This document shows positions 35,141-48,096 of a stretch of 64,000 nucleotides of DNA, one piece after another. This DNA is from Macrostomum lignano. Its lineage: Eukaryota. Location of the stretch: positions 54,075-118,074 of the forward strand of contig NIVC01002627.1 of the NCBI GenBank assembly GCA_002269645.1. The letters run 5' to 3'. The translations under genes were made by a program, and so were the position numbers. The stretch's first letter is position 1. Each line of letters starts with the position of its first letter. The notes beneath the pieces were generated by a model. It had not been told where the DNA came from. It searched no databases and saw only the letters and a list, made by a program, of their open reading frames with translations.

Positions 35141-38100
35141 ACAGTAGTAGTAGTAGTAGCAGTAGTAGTAGTATTAGTAGTAGTAGTAGTAGTATTAGTA
35201 GTAGTAGTAGTAACAGTAGTAGTAGTATAAGTAGTAGTAGTAGTAGTAGTAGTAGTTATAGTAGTAGTAATAACAGCAGTAGTAATAATAATAGTAGTAG
35301 TAGTAGTGATCTACTGATGTGCATCAATACGTACTCGCATTGACTCCTCTTTTTCTCTCTTCCAGGCTGGGCGCAGCCACCGGCCGTCTAGAATTAAGCC
35401 ACCTGACCTCCACCATTGACGACTGCAACCTTCTGTTGACTTCTCCGGCTGATCAGCTAGCTCCCTGCCTGCCCGCGCTCGACTGGCTTGTGCTGAGTCT
35501 GGCTCGACATCCCGACGCTCGCGGCGGCGATCCGCTTCGCCGGCTGCTGCTCGACGCCGAGCCCTGCCTACTTGCTGCCTCTTTGGCCGCTCTGCCGCCT
35601 GAACTCATCGCCGAAGAGTCCGTTGCTATTGGCAACGCTGTAGCTTCAGACAAGGTCTGTTTTTATAGCTTAGACTTAGAAGCTTACGCCTTGTACCGGT
35701 GTACAGTGACTGCCACCCCTCTGCCCCTTATGTACACTATCTATTCCCCAATGTACACTGTCTCCTGCATGTATCTCTACCCCACTGTACACTGTCTGCT
35801 ATCTCTACCCCTAATGCACACTGTCCATTAGCCAACCCCACCACCCCAATGTACACTGTCAATAACCAACCCCACAACCCCAATGTACACTGTCAATAAC
35901 CAACCCCACCACCCCAATGTACACTGTCAATAACCAACCCCACCACCCCAATGTACACTGTCAATAACCAACCCCACCACCCCAATGTACACTGTCCAAT
36001 AGCCAACCCCACCACCCCAATGTACACTGTCAATAACCAACCCCACCACCCCAATGTACACTGTCCAAAAGCCAACCCCACCACCCCAATGTACACTGTC
36101 AATAACCAACCCCACCACCCCAATGTACACTGTCCAATAGCCAACCCCACCACCCCAATGTACACTGTCAATAACCAACCCCACCACCCCAATGTACACT
36201 GTCAATAACCAACCCCACCACCCCAATGTACACTGTCAATATTCAAACACCCAGGTGCCGCAGTCGTGCTGCCCAATCCTGGTCCAGCTTCTTGGCGACT
36301 CGCTGACCCAAGCCAGCGCAGTTGGCCGATTCCCAGGCGATGGCGACCGCGAATCGGCCCTGGCCCTGCTGAACAGCGCCTGGGGCGCCGTTCGGTCCGC
36401 GAATCCCCGACCGGACGAGTACATCGCCTGCGCCTCAGCCTGGGTGTCCTGGGTAGCCAAATGCCTGCAGTTGCGAGAGCTGACCACACTATTACGCGAT
36501 CTAGCTGGCCAACTGTCGCCTGATCGAGCTTTCGAATCCGTCTATCCTCAACTTATCGCCTTTCTGACCAAGCTGGTAACAACAGTTGGCAGCGCCGGTG
36601 GCGAAGATTTTGGTAGATTGATCACCTCTCCGGCTTTTCTGCAGCTGTTCGATCTGTTCCAGAAGGAATCTGTTCGAGTGGAAGCTGCCTGCTGCGTGTT
36701 GGACGCTTATATGGCCTGGACTGCGGGTGAGTGGCTTTCAGTATTTCAGCTTTAATTGTGCTGTAGTAGCCTAAATTGTGCTGTAGTTTAAATTCTGCTG
36801 TAGTAGCCTAAATTGTGCTGTAGTTTAAATTCTGCTGTAGTAGCCTAAATTGTGCTGTAGTAGTTTTAATTGTGCTGTAGTAGTTTTAATTGTGCTGTAG
36901 TAGCTTGAATTGTGCTGTAGTAGCTTGAATTGTGCTGTAGTAGCTTGAATTGTGCTGTAGTAGCTTGAATTGTGCTGTAGTAGCTTGAATTGTGCTGTAG
37001 TAGCTTGAATTGTGCTGTAGTAGCTTGAATTGTGCTGTAGTAGCTTGAATTGTGCTGTAGTAGCTTGAATTGTGCTGTAGTAGCTTGAATTGTGCTGTAG
37101 TAGCTTGAATTGTGCTGTAGTAGCTTGAATTGTGCTGTAGTAGCTTGAATTGTGCTGTAGTAGCTTGAATTGTGCTGTAGTAGTTTTAATTGTGCTGTAG
37201 TAGCTTGAATTGTGCTGTAGTAGCTTGAATTGTGCTGTAGTAGCTTGAATTGTGCTGTAGTAGCTTGAATTGTGCTGTAGTAGCTTGAATTGTGCTGTAG
37301 TAGCTTGAATTGTGCTGTAGTAGCTTGAATTGTGCTGTAGTAGCCTGAATTGTGCTGTAGTAGCTTGAATTGTGCTGTAGTAGCTTGAATTGTGCTGTAG
37401 TAGCTTGAATTGTGCTGTAGTAGCTTGAATTGTGTTGTAGTAGCTTGAATTGTGCTGTAGTAGCTTGGATTGTGCTGTAGTAGCTTGAATTGTGCTGTAG
37501 TAGCCAAAGTTGTGCTGTAGTAGCTTAAATCGGGCTGTAGTGGCTTAGATGATGCTGTAGATGATGCTGTAGTGGCTTAGATGATGCTGTAGTGGCTTTA
37601 ATGATGCTGTAGTGGCTTATATGTTAGTACCATAATTATTATTATATACTTACTAATATCCTAATATCTCAACCAGGTCGTCGCCAAGACGACAGCGAGC
37701 TGGCCAGCACCGGCCTGTTCCTCTGCCGCCTGCTGCACGACAGCCTCACCGTGGTGTCTCTCGAGGACGATCGTCGGCGCTACGCCTCCCTGATCTGTGC
37801 CTTCGTGTCCAGCCTGGACTTTGGCTCTGATTTTCAACGTCAGCTGGACTTTCTAGTGGACTGTAGGGCCGCTTTTGGGCACCTGGAACCGGTGCTGGCT
37901 CACCTAATTAGGCTGGTGAACGGCCTGGCTGCCAGGACTCTTGCCGTAGTGCACGGCCGGTGAGGACTTCGGCTCTGCAGCTGTGTCCCTATTGGCTCAG
38001 AGAAAATCAGTCCCGAACTCCGCCCTAGATCCATTCCGAACTCAACTCTAGATTTGCCCTAGATCCGCTCAAGATCCGTCCTAGATGCTCTCTAGATCCG

Positions 38101-41100
38101 CCCTAGATCCTCTCTAGATCCTCCTAGATCCTCCCTAGATCCTCTCTAGATCCGCTTTAGATCTGCTCTAGATCCGCTCAAGATCCGTCCTAGATGCTCT
38201 CTAGATCCGCCCTAGATCCGCCCTAGATCCTCTCTAGATCCGCTTTAGATCTGCTCTAGATCCGCTCTAGATCCGCTCAAGATCCGTCCTAGATGCTCTC
38301 TAGATCTGCCCTAGATCCTCCCTAGATCGTCTCTAGATCGGCTTTAGATCTGCTCTAGATCTGCTCTAGATCCGCTCTAGATCCGCCCTAGATCCGCTCT
38401 AAATCCACTCTAGATCAGCTCTAGATCTAGATCCGCTCTGCTCTAGATCTGCTCTAGATCCGCTCTAGGTCTGCTCTAGATCCGCTTTAGATCATCTCTA
38501 GATCCTTTCTAGATCCGCAGTAGACCCGCTCTAGATCTGCTATAGATCCGCACTAGATCCGCTCTAGATCCGCCCTAGATCCGCCTTAGATCTGCCCTAG
38601 ATCCGCCTTAGATCCAACCTAGATCCACCTTAGATCCCATATAGATCCGCCCTAGATCCGCCCTAGATCCTCTCTAGATCCGCTCTAGATCCGCCGTAGA
38701 TACGCTCTAGATCCACTCTAGATCCTCCCTAGATCCTTTCTATATCCCCCCTAGATCCGCCATAGATCCTCTCTAGATCCGCCCTAGATCCTCTATATCC
38801 GCTCTAGGTCCGCTCTAGATCCGCTTTAGATCATCTCTAGATCCTCTCTAGATCCGCAGTAGACCCGCTCTAGATCTGCTATAGATCCACACTAGATCCG
38901 CTCTAGATCCGCCCTAGATCCGCCCTAGATCCGCCTTAGATCCAACCTAGATCCACCTTAGATCCCTTATAGATCCGCCCTAGATCCTCTCTAGATCCGC
39001 TCTAGATCCGCCCTAGATCCGCCCTAGATCCTCTCTAGATCCGCCCTAGATCCGCCCTAGATCCGCCCTAGATCCGCCTTAGATCCAACCTAGATCCACC
39101 TTAGTTCCCTTATAGATCCGCCCTAGATCCGCCCTAGATCCGCTCAAGATCCGCCCTAGATCCGCCCTAGATCCTCTCTAGATCCGCTCTAGATCCGCCC
39201 TAGATCCTCTCTAGATCCGCCCTAGATCCGCCCTAGATCCGCCTTAGATCCAACCTAGATCCACCTTAGATCCCTTATAGATCCGCCCTAGATCCGCCCT
39301 AGATCCGCTCAAGCTCCGCCCTAGATCCGCCCTAGATCCTCTCTAGATCCGCTCTAGATCCGCCCTAGATACGCTCTAGATCGCCCTAGATCCGCCCTAG
39401 ATCCTCTCTAGATCCGCCCTAGATCCTTTCTAGATCCGCCCTAAATCCTCTCTAAATCCGCTCTAGATCCGCCCTAGATCCTTTCTAGATCAGCCCTAGA
39501 TCCGCTCTAGATCCGCCCTAGATCCTCTCTAGATCGGCCCTAGATCCTCTCTAGATCCACCCTAGATCCTCTCTAGATCAGCCCTAGATCCGCTCTAGAT
39601 CCGCCCTAGATCCTCTCTAGATCGGCCCTAGATCCGCCCTATCCGCCCTATATGCTCTCTAATCCACACCACCCTAGATGCGCCCTGCAATCCGGCCTGA
39701 GTATTTTGCCCCGCGTTCCATTGCAGCCACACGGCCAGAACCTCCGCATTCACTCACGCCTGCGCCGCTTTCTCTTTTGTTACCCTGCCGTCGCTTGACG
39801 AACCGGGACTGCGCTGTCAGCTCTACTTGGAGTCAGCTCAGGTGGCCCTGCTCAATCAGTGCTATGGACAGGTAAAATTCTTATTCTTATTCTTATCTTA
39901 CTACTAGTTAGTAAGCGACTAGGTATTAATGCTTAAGTTTGTTGCTTATTGTTATTCAGATGCCCTGTTTTGTCTGAGGTAGAAAAATGTGTCTTTAATG
40001 TAGAAAGGTGTCTGAGGTAGAAAGGTATGTCTACAATGTAGAAAAGTGTATCTTTGAGGTAGAGGTAGTGTGTCTCTAAGGGCGGAAAGGTGTGTCTTAG
40101 GTACAAAGGTGTGTCCTAGGTAGAAAGGTGTGTCTCCAAGGTAGAAAGGTGTGTCTCCAAGGTAGAAAGGTGTCTCTAAGGTAGAAAGGTGTGTCTCCAA
40201 GGTATAAATGTGTCTCCAAGGTAGAATGGTGTGTCTCTGTGGTAGAAAGGTCTCCAAGGTAGAAAGGTGTGTCTGTGATAGAAAAGTGTGTCTCCAAGGT
40301 TGAAAGATGTTCCTGTGGTAGAAAAGTGTGTCTCCAAGGTAGAAAGGTGTGTCTCTAAGGTAGAAAGGTATCTCTAAGGTAGAAATGTGTGTCTCCAAGG
40401 TAGAATGGTGTGTCTCCAAGGTAGACAGGTGTGTCTCTAAGGTAGAAAGGTGTGTCTCCAAGGTAGACAGGTGTGTCTACTAAGGTAGAAAGGTATCTCT
40501 AAGGTAGAAATGTGTGTCTCCAAGGTAGAATGGTGTGTCTCCAAGGTAGACAGGTGTGTCTCTAAGGTAGAAAGGTGTGTCTCTAAGGTAGAAAGGTGTG
40601 TCTCCAAGGTAGACAGGTGTGTCTACTAAGGTAGAAAGGTATCTCTAAGGTAGAAATGTGTGTCTCCAAGGTAGAATGGTGTGTCTCCAAGGTAGACAGG
40701 TGTGTCTCTAAGGTAGAAATGTGTGTCTCCAAGGTAGAATGGTGTGTCTCCAAGGTAGACAGGTGTGTCTCTAAGGTAGAAAGGTGTGTCTCCAAGGTAG
40801 ACAGGTGTGTCTACTAAGGTAGAAAGGTATCTCTAAGGTAGAAATGTGTGTCTCCAAGGTAGAATGGTGTGTCTCCAAGGTAGACAGGTGTGTCTCTAAG
40901 GTAGAAAGGTGTGTCTCCAAGGTAGACAGGTGTGTCTACTAAGGTAGAAAGGTATCTCTAAGGTAGAAATGTGTGTCTCCAAGGTAGAATGGTGTGTCTC
41001 CAAGGTAGACAGGTGTGTCTCTAAGGTAGAAAGGTGTGTCTCCAAGGTAGACAGGTGTGTCTACTAAGGTAGAAAGGTGTGTCTCCAAGGTAGACAGGTG

Positions 41101-44100
41101 TGTCTAGAAGGTAGCATGGTGTGCCTTTAAGGTAGAAAAATTCCTTTATGACTTATGCATTAAATGGCATCATATACTGAAAAGTGTGAAAGTAAAATGC
41201 TCATGATTTTTTTCGCAGGCGGACGCTTTGTTAAAAGAAGCAATCCGGCTTCTGCTGCAGCTGTTGGCTAAGCCTCATCAACAGTTGCAGCAGCCGCTGC
41301 CACCCCAGCTGCATCCGCTGCTGTCATCGCTAGTACTATTCCCTGACGATCCTGACTCAAAGCAGCCGCTGACCCTGCTCACCGGCCTGGTCAACGGCTT
41401 GTGCGCTTCACCGCCTCCGGTTGGTGACGAGCCAACGGTTGCCATGCCAACTAGCAACGGCTTGGCTGAATCGGCTCAGCAGCAATCGATTGCGTCCAGG
41501 CGGCCGGAGTGTATCGTGCCGGTGCTGGTTACTATAGCAACAATGTCGCAGGATAAATATCCCTATAGGGTTGAAGGAGTCTCTGGTGAGCTTTGACCTG
41601 CCGTCATTAAATTTGATAGTTTTATAATTAAAATATCTGAGATGGTTAGCAGCCGATTGGCCGATTGTTAACAGCGTTAGCAGCCGTTGAGCCGATTGGC
41701 ATCTCAGCAACTCCCCATTGAGCCAATTGGCATCTCAGCAACTCCCCATTGAGCCAATTGGCATCTCAGCAACTCCCCATTGAGCCAATTGGCATCTCAG
41801 CAACTCCCCATTGAGCCAATTGGCATCTCAGCAACTCCCCATTGAGCCAATTGGCATCTCAGCAACTCCCCATTGAGCCAATTGGCATCTCAGCAACTCC
41901 CCATTGAGCAAATTGGCATCTCAGCAACTCCCCATTGAGCCAATTGGCATCTCAGCAACTCCCCATTGAGCCAATTGGCATCTCAGCAACTCCCCATTGA
42001 GCCAATTGGCATCTCAGCAACTCCCCATTGAGCCAATTGGCATCTCAGCAACTCCCCATTGTGAGCCAATTGGCATCTCAGCAACTCCCCTTTGAGCCAA
42101 TTGGCATCTCAGCAACTCCCCATTGAGCCAATTGGCATCTCAGCAACTCCCCATTGAGCCAATTGGCATCTCAGCAACTCCCCATTGAGCCAATTGGCAT
42201 CTCAGCAACTCCCCATTGAGCCAATTGGCATCTCAGCAACTCCCCATTGTGAGCCAATTGGCATCTCAGCAACTCCCCTTTGAGCCAATTGGCATCTCAG
42301 CAACTCCCCATTGAGCCAATTGGCATCTCAGCAACTCCCCATTGAGCCAATTGGCATCTCAGCAACTCCCCATTGAGCCAATTGGCATCTCAGCAACTCC
42401 CCATTGAGCCAATTGGCATCTCAGCAACTCCCCATTGAGCCAATTGGCATCTCAGCAACTCCCCATTGAGCCAATTGGCATCTCAGCAACTCCCCATTGA
42501 GCCAATTAGCATCTCAGCAACTCCCCATTGAGCTCCCCACAAAAACCAGTTGAATTTGTGCTACTCAGTTTTAGCCAATTAAAAAAGGGCAAAGCCTCAG
42601 ATTTCTGGTCGTTGCTACTTGAATCAGTAGGCACATTAGCCTGTTTTTTTGCCTTGGCTTGAGATTCTTTTATCGGATGGTTATCGTTTCGGATTATCTT
42701 ACGGAATTCGCAGCTCCAAAATGCCAGATTGGCTTTGAACGTTGAGCAGGGAAAAGCTTCTTTCTGCTATTGTAACTGGAGTGCAAAGGTTTCATGCTGG
42801 AGTCTTGTAACAAAAGTGGGAGAAATGCTTGCTTACACAGCACTGGGTTCGACTGTTGCTTCGGAAATTGTTAAGGACTCCATCCTAGTATATGCTGCTC
42901 AAATACGAGTTCATTGTGTATTCACCAGCTTGTTGGAGCTCTCGTGTTGTCGTTCTCTCAGGCTGCAGCAGATTTCAATTTTAAACAATGCCTACAAGGT
43001 GCATTTACATCTGCTCATGAATCTTGTTGACAATTTAAATATCAATTTAGGCTATTTATATTAATGTGCCCGCATAGTTTACTGTTCTCTGTTATTAAAC
43101 ATTATGCACTTCTTTGAAGCTCAGATTCCAGATCAATAATGCCACCCCTGGTTTGGGGATCAAGTCACTCGGGAATCCAGGCACACAGGGATCAAGTCAC
43201 TCGGGTATTAACCCACCCAGGGATCAAGTCACTCGGGTATTAACCCACCCAGGGATCAAGTTACTCGGTTATCAAGTCACTCAGGGATCAATTCACTCGG
43301 GAATCCAGGCACACAGGGATCAAGTCACTCGGGTATTAACCCACCCAGGGATCAAGTCACTCGGGTATTAACCCACCCAGGGATCAAGTGACTCGGTTAT
43401 CAAGTCACTCAGGGATCAATTCACTCGGGAATCCAGGCACACGGGGATCAAGTCACTCGGGGATCAAGTCACACAGGAGGCGGAGGCGACAGGGATCAAA
43501 TGTCACACAGGGATCAAGTCACATAGGGATCAAGTCAATCGGGGATCAAGTCACTTAGGGATCAATCACTCGGGGATCAAGTCACTCGGGGATCAAGTCA
43601 CTCGGGGATCAAATCACTCGGGGATCAAGTCACTCGGGGATCAAGTCACTCAGGGATCAATCACTCGGGGATCAAGTCACTCAGGGATCAAGTCACTCGG
43701 GGATCAAGTCACTCGGGGATCAAGTTACTCAGGAATCAAATCACTCGGGCATCAAATCACTCGGGGATCAAGTCACTCGGGGATCAAGTCACTCAGGGAT
43801 CAAGTCACTCGGGGATCAAGTCACTCGGGGATCAAGTCACTCAGGGATCAATCACTCGGGGATCAAGTCACTCAGGGATCAAGTCACTCGGGGATCAAGT
43901 CACTCGGGGATCAAGTCACTCAGGAATCAAATCACTCGGGGATCAAATCACTCGGGGATCAAGTCACTCGGGGATCAAGTCACTCGGGGATCAAGTCACT
44001 CGGGGATCAAGTCACTCGGGGATCAAGTCACTCGGGGATCAAATCACTCGGGATCAAGTCACTCGGGGATCAAGTCACTCGGGGATCAAGTCACTCGGGG

Positions 44101-44685
44101 ATCAAGTCACACAGGGATCAAGTCACACAGGGATCAAGTCACTCGGGGATCAAGTCACACAGGGATCAAGTCACTCGGAAATCCAGGCACACGGGGATCA
44201 AGTCAGTCGGAAATCAAGTCACTCGGGCATGAAGTCACTCGGGGATCAAGTGGCCCAGCAGCATTAAGACTAAATCGTAAAGTTGAAAACGGTTACGCCC
44301 TATTTTTTCCGCAGCCAACGATGTTCTGCTAGCTGGCAGCCAGAAGGCCAGATCCCATTTGGCAGACCTGTCAGGGCAGCTCATGCGACACCTGTTGATT
44401 GAGCTCGACAACCTGGCGACAGCGCCAACTGGTCAGCAGGCGCAGCAACAGCATCAGCGCCGACGATTGCGCGATCTTCGACTTGGCCTACTGTGCGGCC
44501 TCGCCGATCATTGCGACTTGACGGCGCCAGACACTGCCGCCCTGTTTGGCCAGCTGTGGCAACTGACAGCCGCGTCGATTGACGGAGGCGGCGATGTACA
44601 GCAGGCGAGAGCCGCGCTAGCCCAGCTTCGGGATCGGGCCGCGGAGTGGCCGGAGGTGGCGGCCGCGATTCGGGCAACAGAGTAA
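32544..44685 (+). CDS. VPS35L: VPS35 endosomal protein sorting factor-like (Retriever subunit, C16orf62), ~1031 aa; exons 32544-33160, 33675-33962, 34764-35026, 35366-35654, 36255-36726, 37677-37959, 39727-39871, 41219-41585, 44315-44685; one -1 frameshift near 32894-32896
   Basis: Recognisable motifs WRPKRRHY..HPLK, EPWDVRKSAILAKYTT, DQRVRALKLVIQCVKLL, YPSKFVLLTDLLDTFG, KNWFYKIASIRELLPRLYVE, PDRAFESVYPQL, LFQKESVRVE, DFQRQLDFLVDCR and QVALLNQCYGQADALLKEAI. All 8 GT-AG junctions are phase-compatible. Exon total is 3095 nt, and +1 nt restores a multiple of 3. Confidence 0.95.
33200..33630. repeat. 15/17-bp CT-rich minisatellite (CTGTCTCCCTCTC[AT]AC)n, VPS35L intron 1
   Basis: Tandem units. 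Confidence 0.92.
34054..34615. repeat. 31-bp minisatellite (GAGCCAATTGGCATCTCAGCAACTCCCCATT)n, VPS35L intron 2
   Basis: Near-perfect tandem units. Confidence 0.96.
35035..35308. repeat. (AGT)n microsatellite, VPS35L intron 3
   Basis: Trinucleotide run with interruptions. Confidence 0.96.
35820..36240. repeat. 34-bp minisatellite (AATGTACACTGTCAATAACCAACCCCACCACCCC)n, VPS35L intron 4
   Basis: Tandem units ending ~14 nt before the acceptor. Confidence 0.95.
36755..37620. repeat. 20-bp minisatellite (AATTGTGCTGTAGTAGCTTG)n, VPS35L intron 5
   Basis: Near-perfect tandem units. Confidence 0.96.
38048..39650. repeat. 11-bp minisatellite (CTAGATCCGC[C/T])n, VPS35L intron 6
   Basis: Tandem CTAGATC units. 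Confidence 0.96.
39970..41130. repeat. ~21-bp minisatellite (AAGGTAGAAAGGTGTGTCTCC)n, VPS35L intron 7
   Basis: Tandem units with multi-unit higher-order blocks. Confidence 0.94.
41688..42533. repeat. Second copy of the 31-bp (GAGCCAATTGGCATCTCAGCAACTCCCCATT)n array, VPS35L intron 8
   Basis: Same unit and orientation as 34054-34615. Confidence 0.96.
43155..44250. repeat. 16-bp minisatellite (GGGGATCAAGTCACTC)n, VPS35L intron 8
   Basis: Tandem units. Confidence 0.94.
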
Positions 44686-44699
44686 CTTTTGGGATGTAG

Positions 44700-45318
44700 G
44701 GGGCGGATTTGACGATTCTGTTGTTATTCAAGGGGCGGATTTGACGATTCTATTGTTGTTCGGGGGGGGCGGATTTGACGATTCTGTTGTTATTCAAGGG
44801 GCGGATTTGACGATTCTGTTGTTATTTAAGGGGCCGGATTTGACGATTCTGTTGTTGTTCAAGGGGCGGATTTGACGATTCTGTTGTTCAAGGGGCGGAT
44901 TTGACGATTCTATTGTTGTTCGGGGGCGGATTTGACGATTCTGTTGTTCAAGGGGCGGATTTGACGATTCTATTGTTGTTCGGGGGCGGATTTGACGATT
45001 CTGTTGTTCAAGGGGCGGATTTGACGATTCTATTGTTGTTCGGGGCGGATTTGACGATTCTGTTGTTATTCGAGGGGCGGATTTGACGATTCTATTGTTG
45101 TTCGGGGGCGGATTTGACGATTCTGTTGTTATTCAAGGGGCGGATTTGACGATTCTATTGTTGTTCGGGGGGGGCGGATTTGACAATTCTGTTGTTATTT
45201 AAGGGGCGGATTTGACGATTCTGTTGTTATTCAAGGGGCGGATTTGACGATTCTGTTGTTATTCAAGGGGGCGGATTTGACAATTCTGTTGTTATTTAAG
45301 GGGCGGATTTGACGATTC
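44700..45318. repeat. ~29-32-bp minisatellite (GGGGCGGATTTGACGATTCTGTTGTTATTCAA)n immediately after the VPS35L stop
   Basis: Starts ~15 nt after TAA; AATAAA follows at ~45342. Confidence 0.93.
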
Positions 45319-45939
45319 TAAACAATTTTTTTTAAATCACGCAATAAAAACTAATTGTTATAGCTTACTTGCAGTAGTGCTACTAAGGTTTTTAATTCTG
45401 TTTCTATATCTGCGATTAGAAATCTTTGTATTAATCCAGTTTTCTTCCTGTCGATTGTTTCTGAACATTGATTTCATTTTTGATAAATAATAAATTTATG
45501 AATTAATAAATTGATGCTTTGGTGCGGCTGTGCTTGTATAATTATTTGTGCTTTTAATTACACTAATTATACAATAAAAGACCCTCGCTAATCATATATA
45601 GTACATAATGGTGCTAATTGTTACAATATTGATTTGCCTTGTAAAAATATGCATCATAACTTATTTTTCACGATTTCAGAATTACTCAGTCAGTGAATAT
45701 AAAATTATGCAATTTTTCCCTGTTCTAGATTCAAAGTGATTCTATCGACTTAGTACTGGTACACTTGCCGATTATGAATAGTTTATCTAGAAAAATACAC
45801 ACATGCTTTATGATTGTGAAAGCAACATGTATGATGCGAATGCATTCAAACCTTCTGCTTTATTGTGTCTGCCTTTTTCAATTGAAAAGAATTGTTCACT
45901 CTGTTGTAACTGTCACTCATAAGCCTGTCACATTTACTG

Positions 45940-47700
45940 GCACTGTCACTCTTATTGAGGCTGTCACTCTTATTGAGGCTGTCACTCTTATTGAGACTGT
46001 CACTCTTATTGAGGCTGTCACTCTTATTGAGACTGTCACTCAATTATTAAGACTCTCACTTTTATTGAGGCTTTCACTCTTATTGAGGCTGTCACTCTTA
46101 TTGAGACTGTCACTCTTATTGAGGCTGTCACTCTTATTGAGACTGTCACTCTTATTGAGACCGTCACTCTTATTGAGACTGTCACTCTTATTGAGACTGT
46201 CACTCTTATTGAAAATGCCACTCTCATTGAGACTGTCACTCTTATTGAGATTGTCACTCTTATTGAGACTTTCACTCTTATTGAGACTGTCACTCTTATT
46301 GAGAATGCCACTCTCATTGAGACTGTCACTCTCATTGAGACTATCACTCTTATTGAGGCTGTCACTCTTATTGAGACTGTCACTCTTATTGAGAATGCCA
46401 CTCTCATTGAGACTGTCACTCTTATTGAGATTGTCACTCTTATTGAGACTTTCACTCTTATTGAGACTGTCACTCTTATTGAGAATGCCACTCTCATTGA
46501 GACTGTCACTCTTATTGAGACTGTCACTCTTATTGAGACTGTCACTCTCATTGAGACTGTCACTCTTATTGAGGCTGTCACTCTTATTGAGACTGTCACT
46601 CTTATTGAGACTGTCATTCTTATTGAGACTGTCACTCTTATTGAGACTGTCACTCTTATTGAGACTGTCACTCTTATTGAGACTGTCACTCTTATTGAGG
46701 CTGTCACTCTTATTGAGACTGTCACTCTTATTGAGGCTGTCACTCAATTATTAAGACTGTCACTCTTATTGAGACTGTCACTCTTATTGAGGCTGTCACT
46801 CTTATTGAGGCTGTCACTCTTATTGAGGCTGTCACTCTTATTGAGGCTGTCACTCTTATTGAGGCTTTCACTCTTATTGAGGCTGTCACTCTTATTGAGA
46901 CTGTCACTCTTATTGAGGCTGTCACTCTTATTGAGACTGTCACTCTTATTGAGACCGTCACTCTTATTGAGACTGTCACTCTTATTGAGACTGTCACTCT
47001 TATTGAGAATGCCACTCTCATTGAGACTGTCACTCTTATTGAGATTGTCACTCTTATTGAGACTTTCACTCTTATTGAGACTGTCACTCTTATTGAGAAT
47101 GCCACTCTCATTGAGACTGTCACTCTTATTGAGACTGTCACTCTCATTGAGACTGTCACTCTCATTGAGACTATCACTCTTATTGAGGCTGTCACTCTTA
47201 TTGAGACTGTCACTCTTATTGAGAATGCCACTCTCATTGAGACTGTCACTCTTATTGAGATTGTCACTCTTATTGAGACTTTCACTCTTATTGAGACTGT
47301 CACTCTTATTGAGAATGCCACTCTCATTGAGACTGTCACTCTTATTGAGACTGTCACTCTTATTGAGACTGTCACTCTCATTGAGACTATCACTCTTATT
47401 GAGGCTGTCACTCTTATTGAGACTGTCACTCTTATTGAGACTGTCATTCTTATTGAGACTGTCACTCTTATTGAGACTGTCACTCTTATTGAGACTGTCA
47501 CTCTTATTAAAACTGTCACTCTTATTGAGACTGTCACTCTTATTGAGACTGTCACTCTTATTGAGAATGCCACTCTCATTGAGACTGTCACTCTTATTGA
47601 GGCTGTCACTCTTATTGAGACTGTCAGCTCTAATTGAGGCTGTCACTCAATTATTAAGACTGTCACTCTTATTGAGACTGTCACTCCTACTATGGCTGCC
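45940..47700. repeat. 18-bp minisatellite (GAGACTGTCACTCTTATT)n with block duplication
   Basis: Marker CAATTATTAAGACT at 46041, 46745 and 47648. Confidence 0.96.
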
Positions 47701-48096
47701 ACTCTTATACCAGTCAAGGAATTCAGCCGTACGATCAGTATATACAATGAACTGGAAGCATACTTTTTGCATAATTTATAATACCCTCAAGTCATGATTG
47801 TCACAGTCTACATACATGTATTTTTGGGTTTGTATATGCGCATGAATATTTATCGTATTTAATATTCATAGATTCTATTATTGAGTAGTAATTGCTTTCC
47901 ACAGTAAGGGCTTTACATTTCGTTGTCTTTATGAAAGCAGGTTTGTGTACTTTTGTTGCAAAATTCTAGGATAGACTTGCTTGTCAAAAGCGATTCATTG
48001 ATTTTGGTTTGTTTGACACTTTACTTTGATTCAATCCCTTTTGATCTGCAGAAAAAATATAGGTGACTCTCGACAACTGCAGTATCACCTGGCCCC

